From the NCBI RefSeq assembly GCF_018977255.1, contig NW_024704742.1:90956001-91020000 (forward strand): a DNA stretch of 64,000 nucleotides. Reading direction: 5' to 3'. Below are positions 1 through 13,010 of this stretch, piece after piece. The translations under genes and the position numbers were made by a program. The first letter of the stretch is position 1, and each line of letters begins with the position of its first letter. The notes under the pieces were generated by a model. That model was not told where the DNA came from and did not search any database. It saw nothing but the letters and a program-made list of their open reading frames with translations. This DNA is from Callorhinchus milii (Eukaryota).

Positions 1-557
1 TTGCAGAAATCAATACTATTCTGCAAAATAAGTATCTCCACAAGATAGTGTAATTTAAATCCATCACTAGGAAAAACAATTGTATTCTAAAGCAGTACGT
101 TTTACTGCAGTACTGCAGAGTTGCTTGAGTTTTGGGAGTTCCCAATCTCACCTGTGTGAAACGGAGAGAGCATGGAGAAGAGCAAGGGAAATATCCCAAA
201 ACAATTCACCATGGGTGGTCTTGTGTACCTCTGAGATGCTGCTTTAGCAGAAAAGCCTGTGAGTCGGTTGCTTCTTCTCTGTGCTGTCCTAGCAGTTTGT
301 GGCATAGCAGATGTAAAGAGAAAAGACTGGTGCATTGCTTTTAAAAAGAAGAAATTTACATTATCAATCTCACCACCCATTTTGTATTTTCTCAATTTTG
401 ACCCCCCCTTTCTATGTAGTGAATTTTCATTCCATGCAAGTGGTTTAGCTAGAGACTATTTTCTGTTAGGCTTCATCCAATGTTGCTCTGGAACTAGAAG
501 TCATGAGGGGCACAATCACAATAGACCACTTTATCTGATGATTTTTGTCTCTGTCCT

Positions 558-1001
558 TATAATAATAATAAATTATTCTTGTATTTGATTTAGGGCCTTT
601 CGCATCAGAAGGACATCTCAAAGCACTTCACAGGATTTACTGTAAAGTGGAGTGACTGTGTATCCTGTAGACAAGCACGGCAGCCAATTTTGTTCATGGC
701 AATCACAAACAATTTTGAAAGGGATGACCAATTTTATCTGGGGGATTGTTGGCCAGTATACCACGATAAACTTCCTTCTCTTTTTGAATATTGCCATGGG
801 ATTTTTAGTAACCACCTGAACAGGCAGGTGGGACCTTGGTTTAATGTCTCATCTGAACGATGGTTCCTCCAACACTACAGTGCACCCCACAGCACTGTAT
901 TAGAATTTTCAGTCTTTAGATTGTGAGTTCAAAGTCTCCACATGGAGCTTGAACCCACAACCTTCTGACCCAGAAGCAAGAGTGCTACCGACACAGCCAG
1001 G
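558..1001 (-). mobile_element. Old tRNA-derived Deu-domain SINE (SacSINE1/LmeSINE1-like)
   Basis: (AAT)n tail at the left, Deu-like core (ggcagccaatttt...cacaaac; tttaatgtctcatctgaacgatgg), and reverse-complemented Pol III B box cttgaacccacaaccttctgac at the right. Confidence 0.8.
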
Positions 1002-1599
1002 ACACACTGTTTTTCTTTCTCCTCCTGAACTCATTGTGCTGAGATCTACAGACATAATTTCATGTCTCACTATGCTACAATGCAGAACACCAGAACATTA
1101 CCGTGCAAGATTGCAAATATCCTATTCCAGTTTTGAGAGATAGAAAACTTTACTCGCTATCATAAACCTGATTTACCTCTATGCGGTGAAAACTTGTCAA
1201 TCGTTGTATGATAAAAGCAAAAAATATAAAGGTCAAAATCATTTTTTAAACAAAACTTAATTTAAAAATTACTCATTTGGGGAATGCAAAGTATTTCAAA
1301 TTTTTTAGTGATCAATTATTTTTGTCATTTTGTGGATAATTTAAGTTTGCTACTTTATTCCTATTTAACAGCGATTTTATTGTTTTTTTAAAATTTGTGG
1401 TGACTCGTGAGTGTATTCAGTTTAGGAACTGAACTATAGGTCAAATTTTTTCACAGTGTGTCTGCGCCACACACTGCCAGGTGCAAAGTAAGCTCCGCAT
1501 GTTGATCATGGAAATGATATAAATTAAGGTTCATTTATTTTCACTGAAAAATTACTCCAGCGAAAAACAAATTTGAAGGGTGAAATCAAAGTAGCTTTT

Positions 1600-1855
1600 T
1601 TACACGCCCCATTTCCAGTTCCCACACCAGACATCTTTGTGGCCTGTGTGAGTCAAGGCACCAGACAGTGGATAACCAGATTGCTGAGGGCCAACACTTT
1701 TTGGAACTTGCTTCAATCTGGCTCAGATGCATTTTGTTTAAACCCTTTGCAGTTAGAAGAGGGAGAAAATGTTCACCCCACATCATCCTCGGCTGGATTT
1801 GAACCTAGGTCTCAGATGTGAGGGGACAAAGTAGAACTGATTCACTAGGTTACCA
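1600..1855 (-). mobile_element. Degenerate tRNA-headed SINE relic (LF-SINE-like head)
   Basis: Minus strand reads cctcacatctgagacctaggttcaaatccagccgagg, containing B box GGTTCAAATCC. The body is not assignable. Confidence 0.4.
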
Positions 1856-1859
1856 AGAA

Positions 1860-2660
1860 GAACAACAACAAGATTACATTTGTATAGTGCCTTTCACGTC
1901 AGGAGGACATCCCAAGGCGCTGGACAGAGTACAGCATTTCAGACCTGAGCTGGGGTTGGGGGGGAAAGGAGGGGAGGGGAAGGGGATTCCAGAGGATGAG
2001 GGCAGAGTGGTTGAAGGCTCTCCCACCAATGGTGGGGCAGGTGGGTCGGGGGACGTAGAGCAGGCCAGAGCAGGCTGAGCGGAGGGAGCGGGCGGGTTGG
2101 TAGGGGGTTAGGAGGTTGCAGAGGTAGGATGAGGCGAGGCCATGGAGGGCTTTGTATGTGAAGACCATGAACATGGATCCTCTGAAGGAAATGGAGCCAA
2201 TGGAATCGGGCGAGAATGGGGGAGATGGGGTCACAGAGTTTGGTGCAGGAGAGGACGCGGGCTGCAGAGTTCTGGATTATCTGCAGCCTATGGAGGGAGG
2301 AGTTGGGAAGGCCAACAAACAGGACATTTGCATAGTCGAGCCTGGAGGTGATGAAGGCATGATCAAGAGTTTCAGCGGCCTGAAGGGTGAGGTAGTGGGG
2401 GAGTCGGGCAATGTTACGGGGGTGAGAGAAGGTCGAGCGGGTCATGGCTTGAATGTGGGAGAGAAAAGACAGTTGAGTGTTGAACAAGACACCTGGGTTC
2501 CTGACTGGTTTGGTGAGTTGTCGTGTGCAACCATGGAGGTTGATGTTGTCAGAGCCTGAGGTGCTGAGGCGCTGGCGCGTGCCAATCGGGAGGGCCTCAG
2601 TCTTGTTCACATTCAACTGTTCGACCCTCAACTGTAGGAAATTTGCCCTCATCCAGAACC
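1860..2660 (-). mobile_element. L2-clade LINE 3' fragment (end of ORF2 plus 3' tail), frameshifted
   Basis: ORFs 1939..2652 and 1899..2234 carry MxxNFLQLNxxKTE, HAFITSRLDYAN, LQIIQNSAARVL, LHGLAxxYL and GGRAF motifs. (GTT)n tail. Confidence 0.92.
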
Positions 2661-4599
2661 CAGTTTAAAAGCAGCTTTAACAAACTCGCAAAAAAAGAAT
2701 TGTGGACAATGTAGCATTTAATTATGGGTCCAATTTTTTTTTAAGGTTGAGCACCAAAGGAAAACATATTTTGTACTTTTATGGCCACACTTACTTTTTT
2801 TTCTTTATCTATGTTTCTATGTTTCTGAGATACTTAAAAAAAATGTTAACTGAGTGCTGGAAGGAATTATGTCTCTCTTATGCTGGCTCTAATTGATACA
2901 ACAGCTGTGGCTGTCTTCGTGCCAAAGGGAATCATCAATATACTTTTCAAATTTTACAAAGTAACTTAGTGCGCTTTTAACTATTTAGATACCATTATTT
3001 GTTTTTAAAAATCCCAGTTTTATAAAACCCTGCAATTGTGAGGTAAGAGTCGGTGAGTGGGATCCTATGTTGTGCAGCACAAGGAATGTTTGTGATCCCT
3101 GTATATTGTTTGGAGGGGTTCCCAGTTTGGATACTTGAAACTCAACGGATTGTTAGTGAGTAATGAGGTCCCACAGGAATGTGCCAGAGTGGGGATTGCA
3201 GACACTCATGTGTTCCTCCCATTTGATAAGCCAGGCGCTCGTGGTTTATAGGTTTGGTGCCTATGGACTGCCCTGGCTTTTACAAGCTGGTCACTTGCAG
3301 GATTCGCATAGTTAAGGATATATCTTGTGAAAGTGACGATAAACCAGATGGAAATATATGATGATAATAATCCTTGCATTTGATATACTGTATTATGCAC
3401 ACCACACATATCTATATTATGTATATATAAAAATTCACTGATATTAGAATTATTAACCATGGTACTGCACATTGTATAATATATGTACAATATATATAAT
3501 ATATCCTATCAAAAGCTCGAAATTATACAGACAGTATTACATCGATTCAAAGTGGTAGTTCCAGAAAATGTTGAAGAAAGTGGAGGGATGCTGTTTGCAT
3601 TTGCATTGGTGTAGGCAAGAGAGACAGAGTGGGCCGCTGTATTCTGTTTAATCTGGGAACAAAGCAATACCTTCAGATTGCTGCAATGTGCAGTTTAACC
3701 TTTGGCGCACTGACATCAGGGTACAAATGACAGGCCTTCAAATGTGGCCAGTTCAACACGGTAATGAGGTATTCAAATCCCATTTGTTAAATTGTCCTTC
3801 GGGGAGAAAAAAATGTGAAAAGAAATCTGCTGCAGAGTAGTGATGCTCCCGGGGGGGGGGGGGGGGTGGGGGGGAGGGGGTGTAGGGAAAGTATTTGTGG
3901 TGACAAGTGCACAGCATACGCTTTGCACAAACAGTGCACTTATGAAAATAGTGTACCTGTCCCGACCACATGGCTTAAAGCTAATGGGTGCTGCTTTCAG
4001 TACACAACAAACCCTTACACCTCCCCACCCATCCCTATGTGTCAAAGAGAATAAGAAGTATCGCCAACTCCTGATGTTTTATTGAAGATTCTGAATTATG
4101 GATACCCGTTAAATCCAAGCACCTTCTATTACACTGAATGTAACGTTTGTTCAATCATTTCTGAAGATCTAACAATTGACATCTAAAGTTAATCACTTAC
4201 ATTTCCAAGAATGGATGCAGTGCTCTTGTGTTTTATTCCTCTCCCAGGGATAAGAACTATTTTTAATTCAGCTCCTGAATATGTCAATTTTTAAACATTT
4301 ATTCAAATTCGGAGAATTCCCAACCAAACACGCTGCTGTTCAGCTTCCCCTTTTTTAAAAAAAATATTAGCTTGTAAAAATGTTACAAGTCTTCTTTTTA
4401 TGTTTCGGAAACTTTAGTTTGAAACAGTTATGCTTGATTTTGCTGGTCCTGCTGTGTTGAAGCATGTGATTTTTGATTACGACTGGAGTGTGTGATTTGC
4501 TTCCAGCTTATTGTTGACTGGTTATTTAGGAGGGGTGGCATTGCTTGAATTCCTATTGAATTTCTCTCATTCTGCCTCTTTCTCTGCTTTGTTTAGAGT

Positions 4600-4915
4600 A
4601 TACCCAAGCATCCTACATATACAAAGACACCACCAAATCTCCCATGCACTCTACATACACACAAACATGACCACCATGCTCCCGACACATACAAAAGCAC
4701 ACCCATGCAACCTACGAATACACAGCACCACATTCCCCATGCACCTTACATATACACAAATATCACCCCGCACTCCACCATGCACCCTACATATAACAAC
4801 TTGCATTTATATAGCTCACCTCACACAGCTTAGCGTCCCAGAGCGCTTCACAGTCTACACAAACACCAACTCTATGCATCTCAAACATACACAAATCCCA
4901 GCCCCAATGCATTCA
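4600..4915. repeat. Degenerate CA-rich minisatellite (core ccatgcaccctacatatacacaaa) interrupted by a short minus-strand L2 tail at about 4796-4855
   Basis: Recurring catgc..ctacata.aca motif. The insert caacttgcatttatatagc...gtcccagagcgctt matches the other L2 tails in the window. Confidence 0.6.
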
Positions 4916-6359
4916 CTTATAATATCGTAAAACTGAATGAACCAAGAAAAGCAAATCATGTTTTGATTTGATTCAGAGCCTTTTACCTCTCAGATGGAAT
5001 TCTCTGATTCCTCTTTGACTTATCTGCAGGTTTAAAAAACAGGGTTACGTAGTTTCAGAAAGAAATGTGAAAACTTCTTTTGCAAGAAACTTGTCACACC
5101 TGACTTCTATCTTTGTTTTAAGTAACTTTAGTTTGGACAGGAGTCCAAAAAGAAAAAGCACAGCATTTTACTCGGATCAAATGAGAACAAATTTGATTCT
5201 TGGTGCAGTGATGTTTCCACCGTTCTAACATAATTGGACGATCTTTACAAATATCTCTCTTTTCCAATGTTTTCAGCAATTGAGGTATTTGAGCTCCTCA
5301 CCTTTCCACTGCAGTTCATAGATGACATTGCTTTGCTTGGAAGAGCTTGATTTCTGTAGCTCATCTTCCCCCACCCCCCCCACCCACACTTTAATTTGTA
5401 GCGGAACATTGCATTTTGGTGACAGGCAGTTGTTTTTGCTTGAATAACCCTAGATTTGAATTCTACAGTTTGTGGCATCCATGTAATGCTTAGCAGTAGG
5501 TACAGCTGTTAACTATTCGCTTATAAATAATCTTTTTTTCCTCTCAACCTGTCTCCCAGGTAGTGTACCTGTCACCATTAATAACTCATCCCGAGCTCCC
5601 CGGCGATTCAGCCCATCAGTTGTCATTCTCAGCAAAGCTTTCTCTGCTCTGCTATTGATGCTCATATACAAGCTCCTTCAGTAACTGACTCACTGTGGCA
5701 GCTGCATCTTTTGAACCTCCTGGTTTTCATGAACTGTAATTGCTTTGTATCAGAACTCCACTGTCCTGCTTCTAATACAGCTAATATAGCCTGGACGTGG
5801 TTTGGCACACAATGAGGGAGGTTAATTTCAGCCACTGAACAGTTATTAACGCAGTAGGGTCTCTGCCAAATTTGAGATGTTTGGTGGGGTATTCATGCAC
5901 ATCAGTGTGAACCCTGAACCTGTCCCAAACTTCCTTTTCAGAGTCCGTCCCAGTGCACGTTCAGATGCTCAGGAAGACAGTCAGAGAAGTGCTGAGCCTG
6001 ATTTACAGAGACAGTGCCTCCTGTTAAGTTTTGGTGATTCTTGTCCACAAATCACAAGCACCTTTGTGCCTGAAACGAATATCACGGGATCGTTGGATGT
6101 TAAAGCTTTTTTGTTGCATGCCTGTTATTGTTTAGAAACATTGCTATTGGCGTTATTTCAGGAAGTGGCACAATTAGTAACTATAGTTACGGTATGGCAA
6201 AGACATTTCACAGTCGGATTCGACGAGTTAAAGATTTTCACGTGCACCAGATTACGCTTCGGAAAGTAAAGAATTGGGTCGAACATGCGATGATTTCTAG
6301 TGGATCCATAATAAGAAAACAAATACATCACTCCGCTGCCACTCTTGAGAATCATCTTA

Positions 6360-6672
6360 GTGGAGTCCTGTAGTTCAGTGGTCACTTTGCAAGCGAGAGA
6401 CCTGAGTTCAATTCCAGGCAGGGCGAAACCTTGGGCAAGTTTCCTTACTCCACACTACTAATAATAATCCCTCCATAAAAACAAAACAATAATAAATTGG
6501 TCATTTTCAATCTACGACTGTTTGTGGGACATTGCTGTGCGCAATTGGCTGCCGCGTTCGCCCACAAATATACAGTCAATTCACTTTACATTGTGTTCTG
6601 TGAAGCGCTTTGGGACGTCCTCCCGACGTGAAAAGCGCTATATCAAATGCAAGGATTATTATTATTATTATT
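6360..6672 (+). mobile_element. Young short tRNA-derived Deu-SINE (small deletion in the head)
   Basis: gtggagtcctgtagttcagtgg head, B box gagttcaattcc, Deu core gtgggacattgctgtgcgcaattggctgccgcg, and (ATT)n tail. Near-identical to the copies at 20585 and 31708. Confidence 0.92.
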
Positions 6673-7257
6673 AGTTTCCTTATTAAGGAATTCTGCTGGA
6701 AATAACTACATTTAATTCCTCAGTATTCCATTTAAGATGACCTTTCTTTCATTTGCCAATTTCACCCTCTTGGTATCTTGGCGCCAATTGTTCTGCCATT
6801 GACCTTTCCACTGATTAATGTTGTATGGTGGCAAGGTTTCAGTTTTTGTTGTACAATTGTTTTTTTTTGGTCAGCGAAGTGTTTGACACTTGCGAAAACT
6901 CTGCACCATGTTTATGAGTATCCAAACCAGACTGAGAGCTTGAGAGTATTCTTGATGAACCAAATTAGGTTGGTGTAAGTTGCAAGCATGTGAGGTAAGT
7001 CATTCATTCGTTCTAAGTGCAACACTTTCCAACCTGCAACTCATTTTATACTCTGAGTAACATGACCTATTTTACTTGGGATCAGCCAAAAGGAAGCTCT
7101 GAACATTGTGTGTAACTAAAAAAATATTATAAGTACTTCTAGCAGAGTGCACATTTGTGAAATTCACGCTGGTTCCCAGACTAATTGGCCTGTATCTACA
7201 CACAGAATGGCAAATGTTGTGCTGCAGGTAAGTTCTCTGTACAGTACGTGATTCTAT

Positions 7258-7735
7258 CCCAGTAGCTCAGTTGATAAGGGTACTGCCCAGTATGAAACAG
7301 AGCTGCACAGACCTGGACAATCATAGGTTTGATCCCTCATCTGTGCTGAGTTTGCTGATATCATTCGGACCAGCAGTTGGGGGTGCTGCAATTAGCTTCA
7401 ATGCCTTGAGCTAGGGAGAGCTAAAACTGGCCAGGGCTCCCATTCCTGATCATAATACACTGACCGTCCTCCCCTCCCCCCACCCCCCTGCTGGAAAGTG
7501 TGCATGCCCAGACGATAAAAATAAAAAAATCATTGAATTTCATACAGTGCCAGTGGAGTGAATATTTGTTATGGCGAACGTGGCAGCTAATTTGCGAAGA
7601 GCAATTTCTTACAAGCTACCACAAAGTGAAGTGAAAGACTGATTTTTATCCAGGGGGGAATTGTTGTTGTCTTAGTAAAAAAAAACTCCCCTCACCAGGG
7701 TGGGTGAGGACAGGATAAGGCTTGACTGCAATGAT
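7258..7735 (+). mobile_element. AmnSINE2-like ancient SINE interrupted by a minus-strand Deu-SINE fragment (about 7525-7690)
   Basis: gtagctcagttg...ggtttgatccctcatctgtgctgagtttgctgat...ccagggctcccattcctgatc...ccctgctggaaagtgtgcatg, resuming with gggtgaggacaggat at about 7702. Family named from recall. Confidence 0.65.
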
Positions 7736-7764
7736 AAAGAGGGAAAACATAAACAAAGATGGAA

Positions 7765-8104
7765 AAGCAAGAGGACCCAGGTTCGATTCCCAGGCAGGGC
7801 GAAATCTTAGGCAAGTTTCCTTACTCCACACACATGCCTCTGTCTACATAGCAGTAAGTTGGAACTGCTTGTTAGTAGATTAGCGGATCGCTTTCCGGGA
7901 ATAATAATCTCTTAAAAAAAGAATAATAATCATAAAGTGGTCATTCAATCCATGACTGTTTGTAGGACGTCACTGCGCGCAATCGACTGTCGCATTTCAC
8001 CTACAAAATACAGTCTCTACACTTCACAGTATATCTTGTGAAGCTCTTTGAGACGTCTCGAAGATGTGATCAGGCGCTATATTAAATGCAAGGATTATTA
8101 TTAC
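7765..8104 (+). mobile_element. Long-type tRNA/Deu SINE, 5' truncated
   Basis: B box ggttcgattccc, central gcctctgt..agcagtaagt..gttagt.gatt.gcggatcgctttcc segment, Deu core and ATT tail. Confidence 0.88.
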
Positions 8105-9647
8105 TATAATTAAATTGGTAAAGAGAAATGACATTTTCAGTGGTTGTTTGCCCATAGTTATTCTACCACAGTGAATCAGTGTGCCCATGTGAGACTGAAT
8201 CCAAGCCAAGCAGAGAGGTATAGACATATTCTAAACCATATGAGCCAAAACACCAACAGATAGGGTGGTCCTAGTTGGACACATACATGGCTGCATGGTT
8301 ACCAATTTAAGACAAGAAACCTCTGGTATAGTTTTCTGATCAGTTTAATTACAAATTGGCAGAATATGAATTTCATTCATTCACAGTCAGTGACCCTTTT
8401 ATAAGTACACTATACACAATCTCTCTCTGAAAAATAACTCCTCTTTGACCCTCAAAACAGTTACCAAAGCAAAATTACTTAACCCTTTAGCTCCTGACCT
8501 TTTCAGGAATATCGGCTTGTTTACCATAGCAGCCTTTAACCATTTGTCACTTCTAGATATTAAAAGGTTAAAATACATATTTGTCCTCCCCTCCCTCTTT
8601 CTCCAGTTGTCTTTAATCAATAATCTGGAATGCAACAGTAAAGGGGTTACACAATGAGTGACAACCATTTTATTAATGGCTTCATAGGACATCTGAATGG
8701 TGTTCAAAAAAATTACATTAATGCTTCCGGTATTATGAGTTCAAATGTGTTTATTTTGTCCAATTCTGCAGCAAGCCCTGCCAGGAAGATGTGCTTTTGA
8801 GTCATAAAATGAACTTAGTTATTTTCCCCCTTTTTTAAAAAAAACACAAGTTTAATCAGTTGTGAAGTGTGAAAAACATGAGAAAGTCTAATTTGTGCCA
8901 GTGAGGCCTTTTCAGACCCTCATATGTTTCTAGCTATGGCTTAACAGGGAACAAAAGCTGAGAGCAATGGAGAACAGATGCCAGTATTTCTTCACTGTCA
9001 CTTGTCTGGCGAGCAGATGGAAATCATATCAATGGGGTATGCTGGGAGGAAGAAGCCGTGGCAGCCAACATGTGGAACTTGGGTCTGAGTGACATTTTCG
9101 CTAATGTTTTGTCCTTGTAGAACATTATGCTTCCTTTGCTCGGGAGATGTACTTTTCCTGACTTGTGCAAGGCTCCAAGCTCAGCTGGAGTGTCTGTCCC
9201 CCAAGGGAGTACTGAGAGCTATTGAGGAGATTCAGGGCTGCACAATGGAGCTATTTATTGAAATACCTGACATCTGCATGTAATGCACCCAAACATCTTA
9301 GCTGTTAGTCGGGAATTTTCAGTCACTTCTTTCTTTCCCTCCCCCCCATCACCCCCACCCCATGTAGTACACCATCCACATCTGACTCATTTAATTAATC
9401 AATAATTACGTCTGATGGAAGAGCTCCTGACATATTAAGGCCATGGCAGCTATATCAGGCACTGGTACCGGGGTAGCTCATGGGATAAGGTTGGTGCAAT
9501 GTAAAGGATTCAGCTGGGTGGTTATTAGAAAAATAAATGCTGCATTAACTACCTATTAGAATAGCCATTCACTTTGTATTAGAACTGGACATCTCTTTAG
9601 CTTTTATCAACCGTGACTTTTTTTTTCCTTTGGACTGGATGGTAGTG

Positions 9648-9999
9648 ATAATAATAATCCTTGCGTTTGATATAGTGCCTTAGTACATCTTCGAGATGTC
9701 TCAAAGTGCTTCACAGGATATACTGTAAAGTTTAGTGACTATTATGTGGCCAAAACACAGTAGCCAATTGAGTACAGTAGTGTCCTACAAACAGTTGTGG
9801 ATTGAGTGACCTAATCATTAATTTTTTTGGCTCTCTGAGAGATTCTTATTACTCCAGGAAAAGTGATCTGCCAATCAACTAACAACCGGGTTCCTACTTA
9901 CCGTTAGGTAAACAGAAGCGTGTGGAGTCAGGAAACTTGCCGGGAATCAAACCTGCTTGCGAGGCGAATGCTGTAACCACTAAGCTACGGGGATTCCAC
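9648..9999 (-). mobile_element. Long-type tRNA/Deu SINE
   Basis: Reverse complement of the 7765 and 31162 copies. (AAT)n tail at the left, head at the right. Confidence 0.85.
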
Positions 10000-10154
10000 T
10001 CCCACTCCCACCTTCCTGAAGTGCTTTGCAACCCCTGGCATTTACAAGGTGTCATTGCCCAGTGACGTCTGCAGTACTCGAGCTCCAGGTTCTTATCAGT
10101 AGGATATGAGAGGGCCTTTTTTGGAACTGACTCACATGGAGAAGATATCTTTTT

Positions 10155-10517
10155 ATAATAATCCTTCCATTTGATATAGAGCCTTACCACGTCAGTCAGA
10201 TGTTTCAAAGTGCTTCACAGAATATACTGTAAAGTGAATTCACTGTATACTCTGTGGGTGAAACGCGGGAGCCAATTGTGCACAGCAGTATCCCATAAAC
10301 AGTCATGGATGGACTGACCAACATTTTTTTTGAAGGGATTATTACCCCTGGAAAGCGATCTGCCAATCGACTAACAATCAGGTTCCTACTTACTGCTAAG
10401 TAAACAGAGGCATGCAGAATAACAAAACTTACCTAATGTTTTCCCCCGCCCGGAAATTGAACCTGGGTCCTCTTGCTTGCGAGACGAGTGCTCTGACTAA
10501 TTCTCTACAGGACTCCA
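10155..10517 (-). mobile_element. Long-type tRNA/Deu SINE, full length
   Basis: Same family. Ends with ctacaggactcca. Confidence 0.88.
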
Positions 10518-11159
10518 TTCTTTCCCCATTACTGATTAAACCAAGGGTAGAGGAGGATTGTTTAATTAAAGTTTTTCTTTAATAAGTGTGCTTGAAAAAA
10601 AGAGAGGAATGGTTCTTCCCCAGGAAGAATGTCAGCCTCCAAATAAGTCTGACCCCAGCAGCATACTGAACCCTTATGAGGCTCTGTTTCCCCCATACCT
10701 GCCAATGGCAAGGGAAAGCTGCTCTGTTTTCTGTAGTTGGTTTCCATTGTGTCTACGTCGGCAAGGATACCTAATTCAAACCACGTCTCCTTTCTCCCAG
10801 AGGCTTGCTGAAGCGATCTAGACGCTCATCTTACACAACTGTGGTCAAACCCCAAGGCTGCTTGCTGCTCGCATCTGCTGACCATGTGTGTGGAGTTTCT
10901 GCCAGTTCTCACCTGGGAGAAGTGAAGTTTGTCACCTGGCTGGGTGGGGGTTTAGGGTTGGGGGGCGGGGACGTTCTCAGATTTTCTCAGAATACCAGTT
11001 TTTAGTGCATTCTTCCACAACCATTTCACTCACTGAAAGAGAAATGCAAGTGGCACCCTTTTTACATGCGCTGTTCGGAGAGAGAGATGCTTGACCAAGT
11101 TTCTGCCAGTGTCACCAGGTGATAGTAGTAAGTGCAGTGGAGGATACTCTTCATTGGTA

Positions 11160-11277
11160 AATAATAATAATGATAATCCTTGCATTTGATATAGCGCTTT
11201 ATCAGGTCGTTGAGACGTCTCAAAGCGCTTCATGGGATATACTGTAAAGTGGATTGACTGTGTATTCTGTGGACGAA
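11160..11277 (-). mobile_element. Deu-SINE 3' fragment
   Basis: aataatccttgcatttgatatagcgc...aagcgcttca...actgtaaagtg. Confidence 0.8.
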
Positions 11278-11641
11278 ATATGACAGTTAAAGATCTTACA
11301 CAGGGGAGCACAATTAATAATTGCTTTATCCTACAGCTATTGTGGAAGAAAGTGAATGCATATCTTAAAAGTGCTGAAAGTATCATCCCAGTACCAGTCA
11401 ACACTGAAATCTGTGACTAAGTGCACACTTTAAATGCACAAGCATTGGTACTGTACTCACAAAGAGGGGATGTCGAAACAAAATCATGATTCAAGTGTGC
11501 AGACATTGCAGAGTGTTAAAAGTTTTAATGCTTCCAACATTAACTCCCAACAACATCTTTTCAATGGTCGCCAGACCATCAAACGCACATGATAGCACAA
11601 TGTAACTCCAACTTCACACCGATCGTTTGTACATGTTGTTT

Positions 11642-12345
11642 AACAACAACAACTTGCACTTACATAGCGCCCACACCGGGCATCTCCGAGCGCTTATGGT
11701 TGTGCCCAAGGCCAAACCAGGGGCAAGGGGAAGGTGACCATAGGTGCGGTCGAAAAGAAATGCCTTCAGGCGCAACCTGAAGATGGGGAAGGAGGGGTCG
11801 AGGCGAAGGGGTTGAGGTAGGGGAGTTGCAGAGTTTCGGGGCCTAGTGGCTGAAGGCACGGCCGTCGATAGTGCAGTGGAGGATTCGGGGAATGCGGAGG
11901 AGGCCAGACCCAATAGAGCGGAGGCAGCGGGTACTGCTGTGGGGAGAAAGAAAGTTAGAGAGATGGGGTGTGCCAAGGAATGGAGGGATATAAACACTAG
12001 AGTGAGGATCTTGAAGTCGATCCGCCCTGTGACAGGAAGCCAGTGGAGGTTAGCAAGGACTGGAGTAATTGGGGTACGAAGTTTGGTGCGGGTGAGAATG
12101 CGCGTGGCGGAGTTTTGAATGAGCTGAATTTTGTGAATAGTGGAGGACGGGAGACCAGTGAGGAGGGCGTTAGAGTAGTCCAGCTGAGAGGTGACAAAGG
12201 CATGGATACAAGGCTTTCAGCAGCTTTTGGGGTGAGGTATTGTCGGAGATGGGCAATGTGGCGGAAGTGGAAGAAAGTGGTGCTGGATGTGAGGGAGAAA
12301 GGATAACTGGGGAACGAACCTAATGCCTAAATTGCGCACGGTTGT
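11642..12345 (-). mobile_element. L2-clade LINE 3' fragment
   Basis: (AAC)n tail at the left. Minus strand encodes LHSLAHP..., [11 protein letters not shown]. Similar to the 44793-45649 copy. Confidence 0.9.
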
Positions 12346-12387
12346 TTAACACATGATAAGATGTTATATTTCCCAGGTTCCTAGTTA

Positions 12388-13010
12388 CTGTTCACCTAGC
12401 AGTAACCAAGAATCTAGTTGTCAGTCGATCAGCAGATTGCTTTCCGGGGGTAAGAATCCCTTCAAAAAAAATAATATAATAATAAGCCTCACATTTGATA
12501 TAACACCTTATCACATCTTCTAGACTTCTCAAAGCGCTGCACAGAATATAATGTAAAATGTATTGTCTGCATAAATTGTGGGCGAAACACGGCAACCAAT
12601 TGTGCACAGCAGTGACCCACAAACAGTCGTGGATTGAGTGATCAAATTATTATTTTTAAGGGTTTATTACCGCCAGAAAAGTGATCCTCTAATCGACTAA
12701 CAACCACATTCCTACTTACTGTTAGATGAACAGAGGCGTAAGGAAACTCGCTCAAGGTTTCGCCACGCCTGGGAATCAAATCCAGGTCCTCTTGCTTGCG
12801 AAGCAAGTCCTCTAACCAACATGCTATAGGACTTCACACTACTGTTGAATTTGGTCACTCAATCCACAACTGTTTGTGGGACACTGCTGTGGGCAATTGG
12901 CTGCCACATTTTGCAGAGTCAATTCACTTCACAATATATTCTGTGAAGCTCTTTGAGATATCTCAATGATGTGATAAGGTGCTGCATCAAATGCAAGGAA
13001 TATTATTATT
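12388..13010. mobile_element. Nested SINEs: a plus-strand long SINE (about 12388-12471 and 12848-13010) split by a minus-strand long SINE (about 12472-12837)
   Basis: The left piece is the central SINE segment ending in the A-rich linker. The right piece resumes at aatttggtcactcaatcc. A complete antisense copy lies between them. Confidence 0.82.

Noticed and set aside
1939..2652. Longest ORF (237 aa) as a host gene or active reverse transcriptase
   Set aside because: It is a frameshifted C-terminal fragment of L2 ORF2, lacking the RT catalytic core and the endonuclease.
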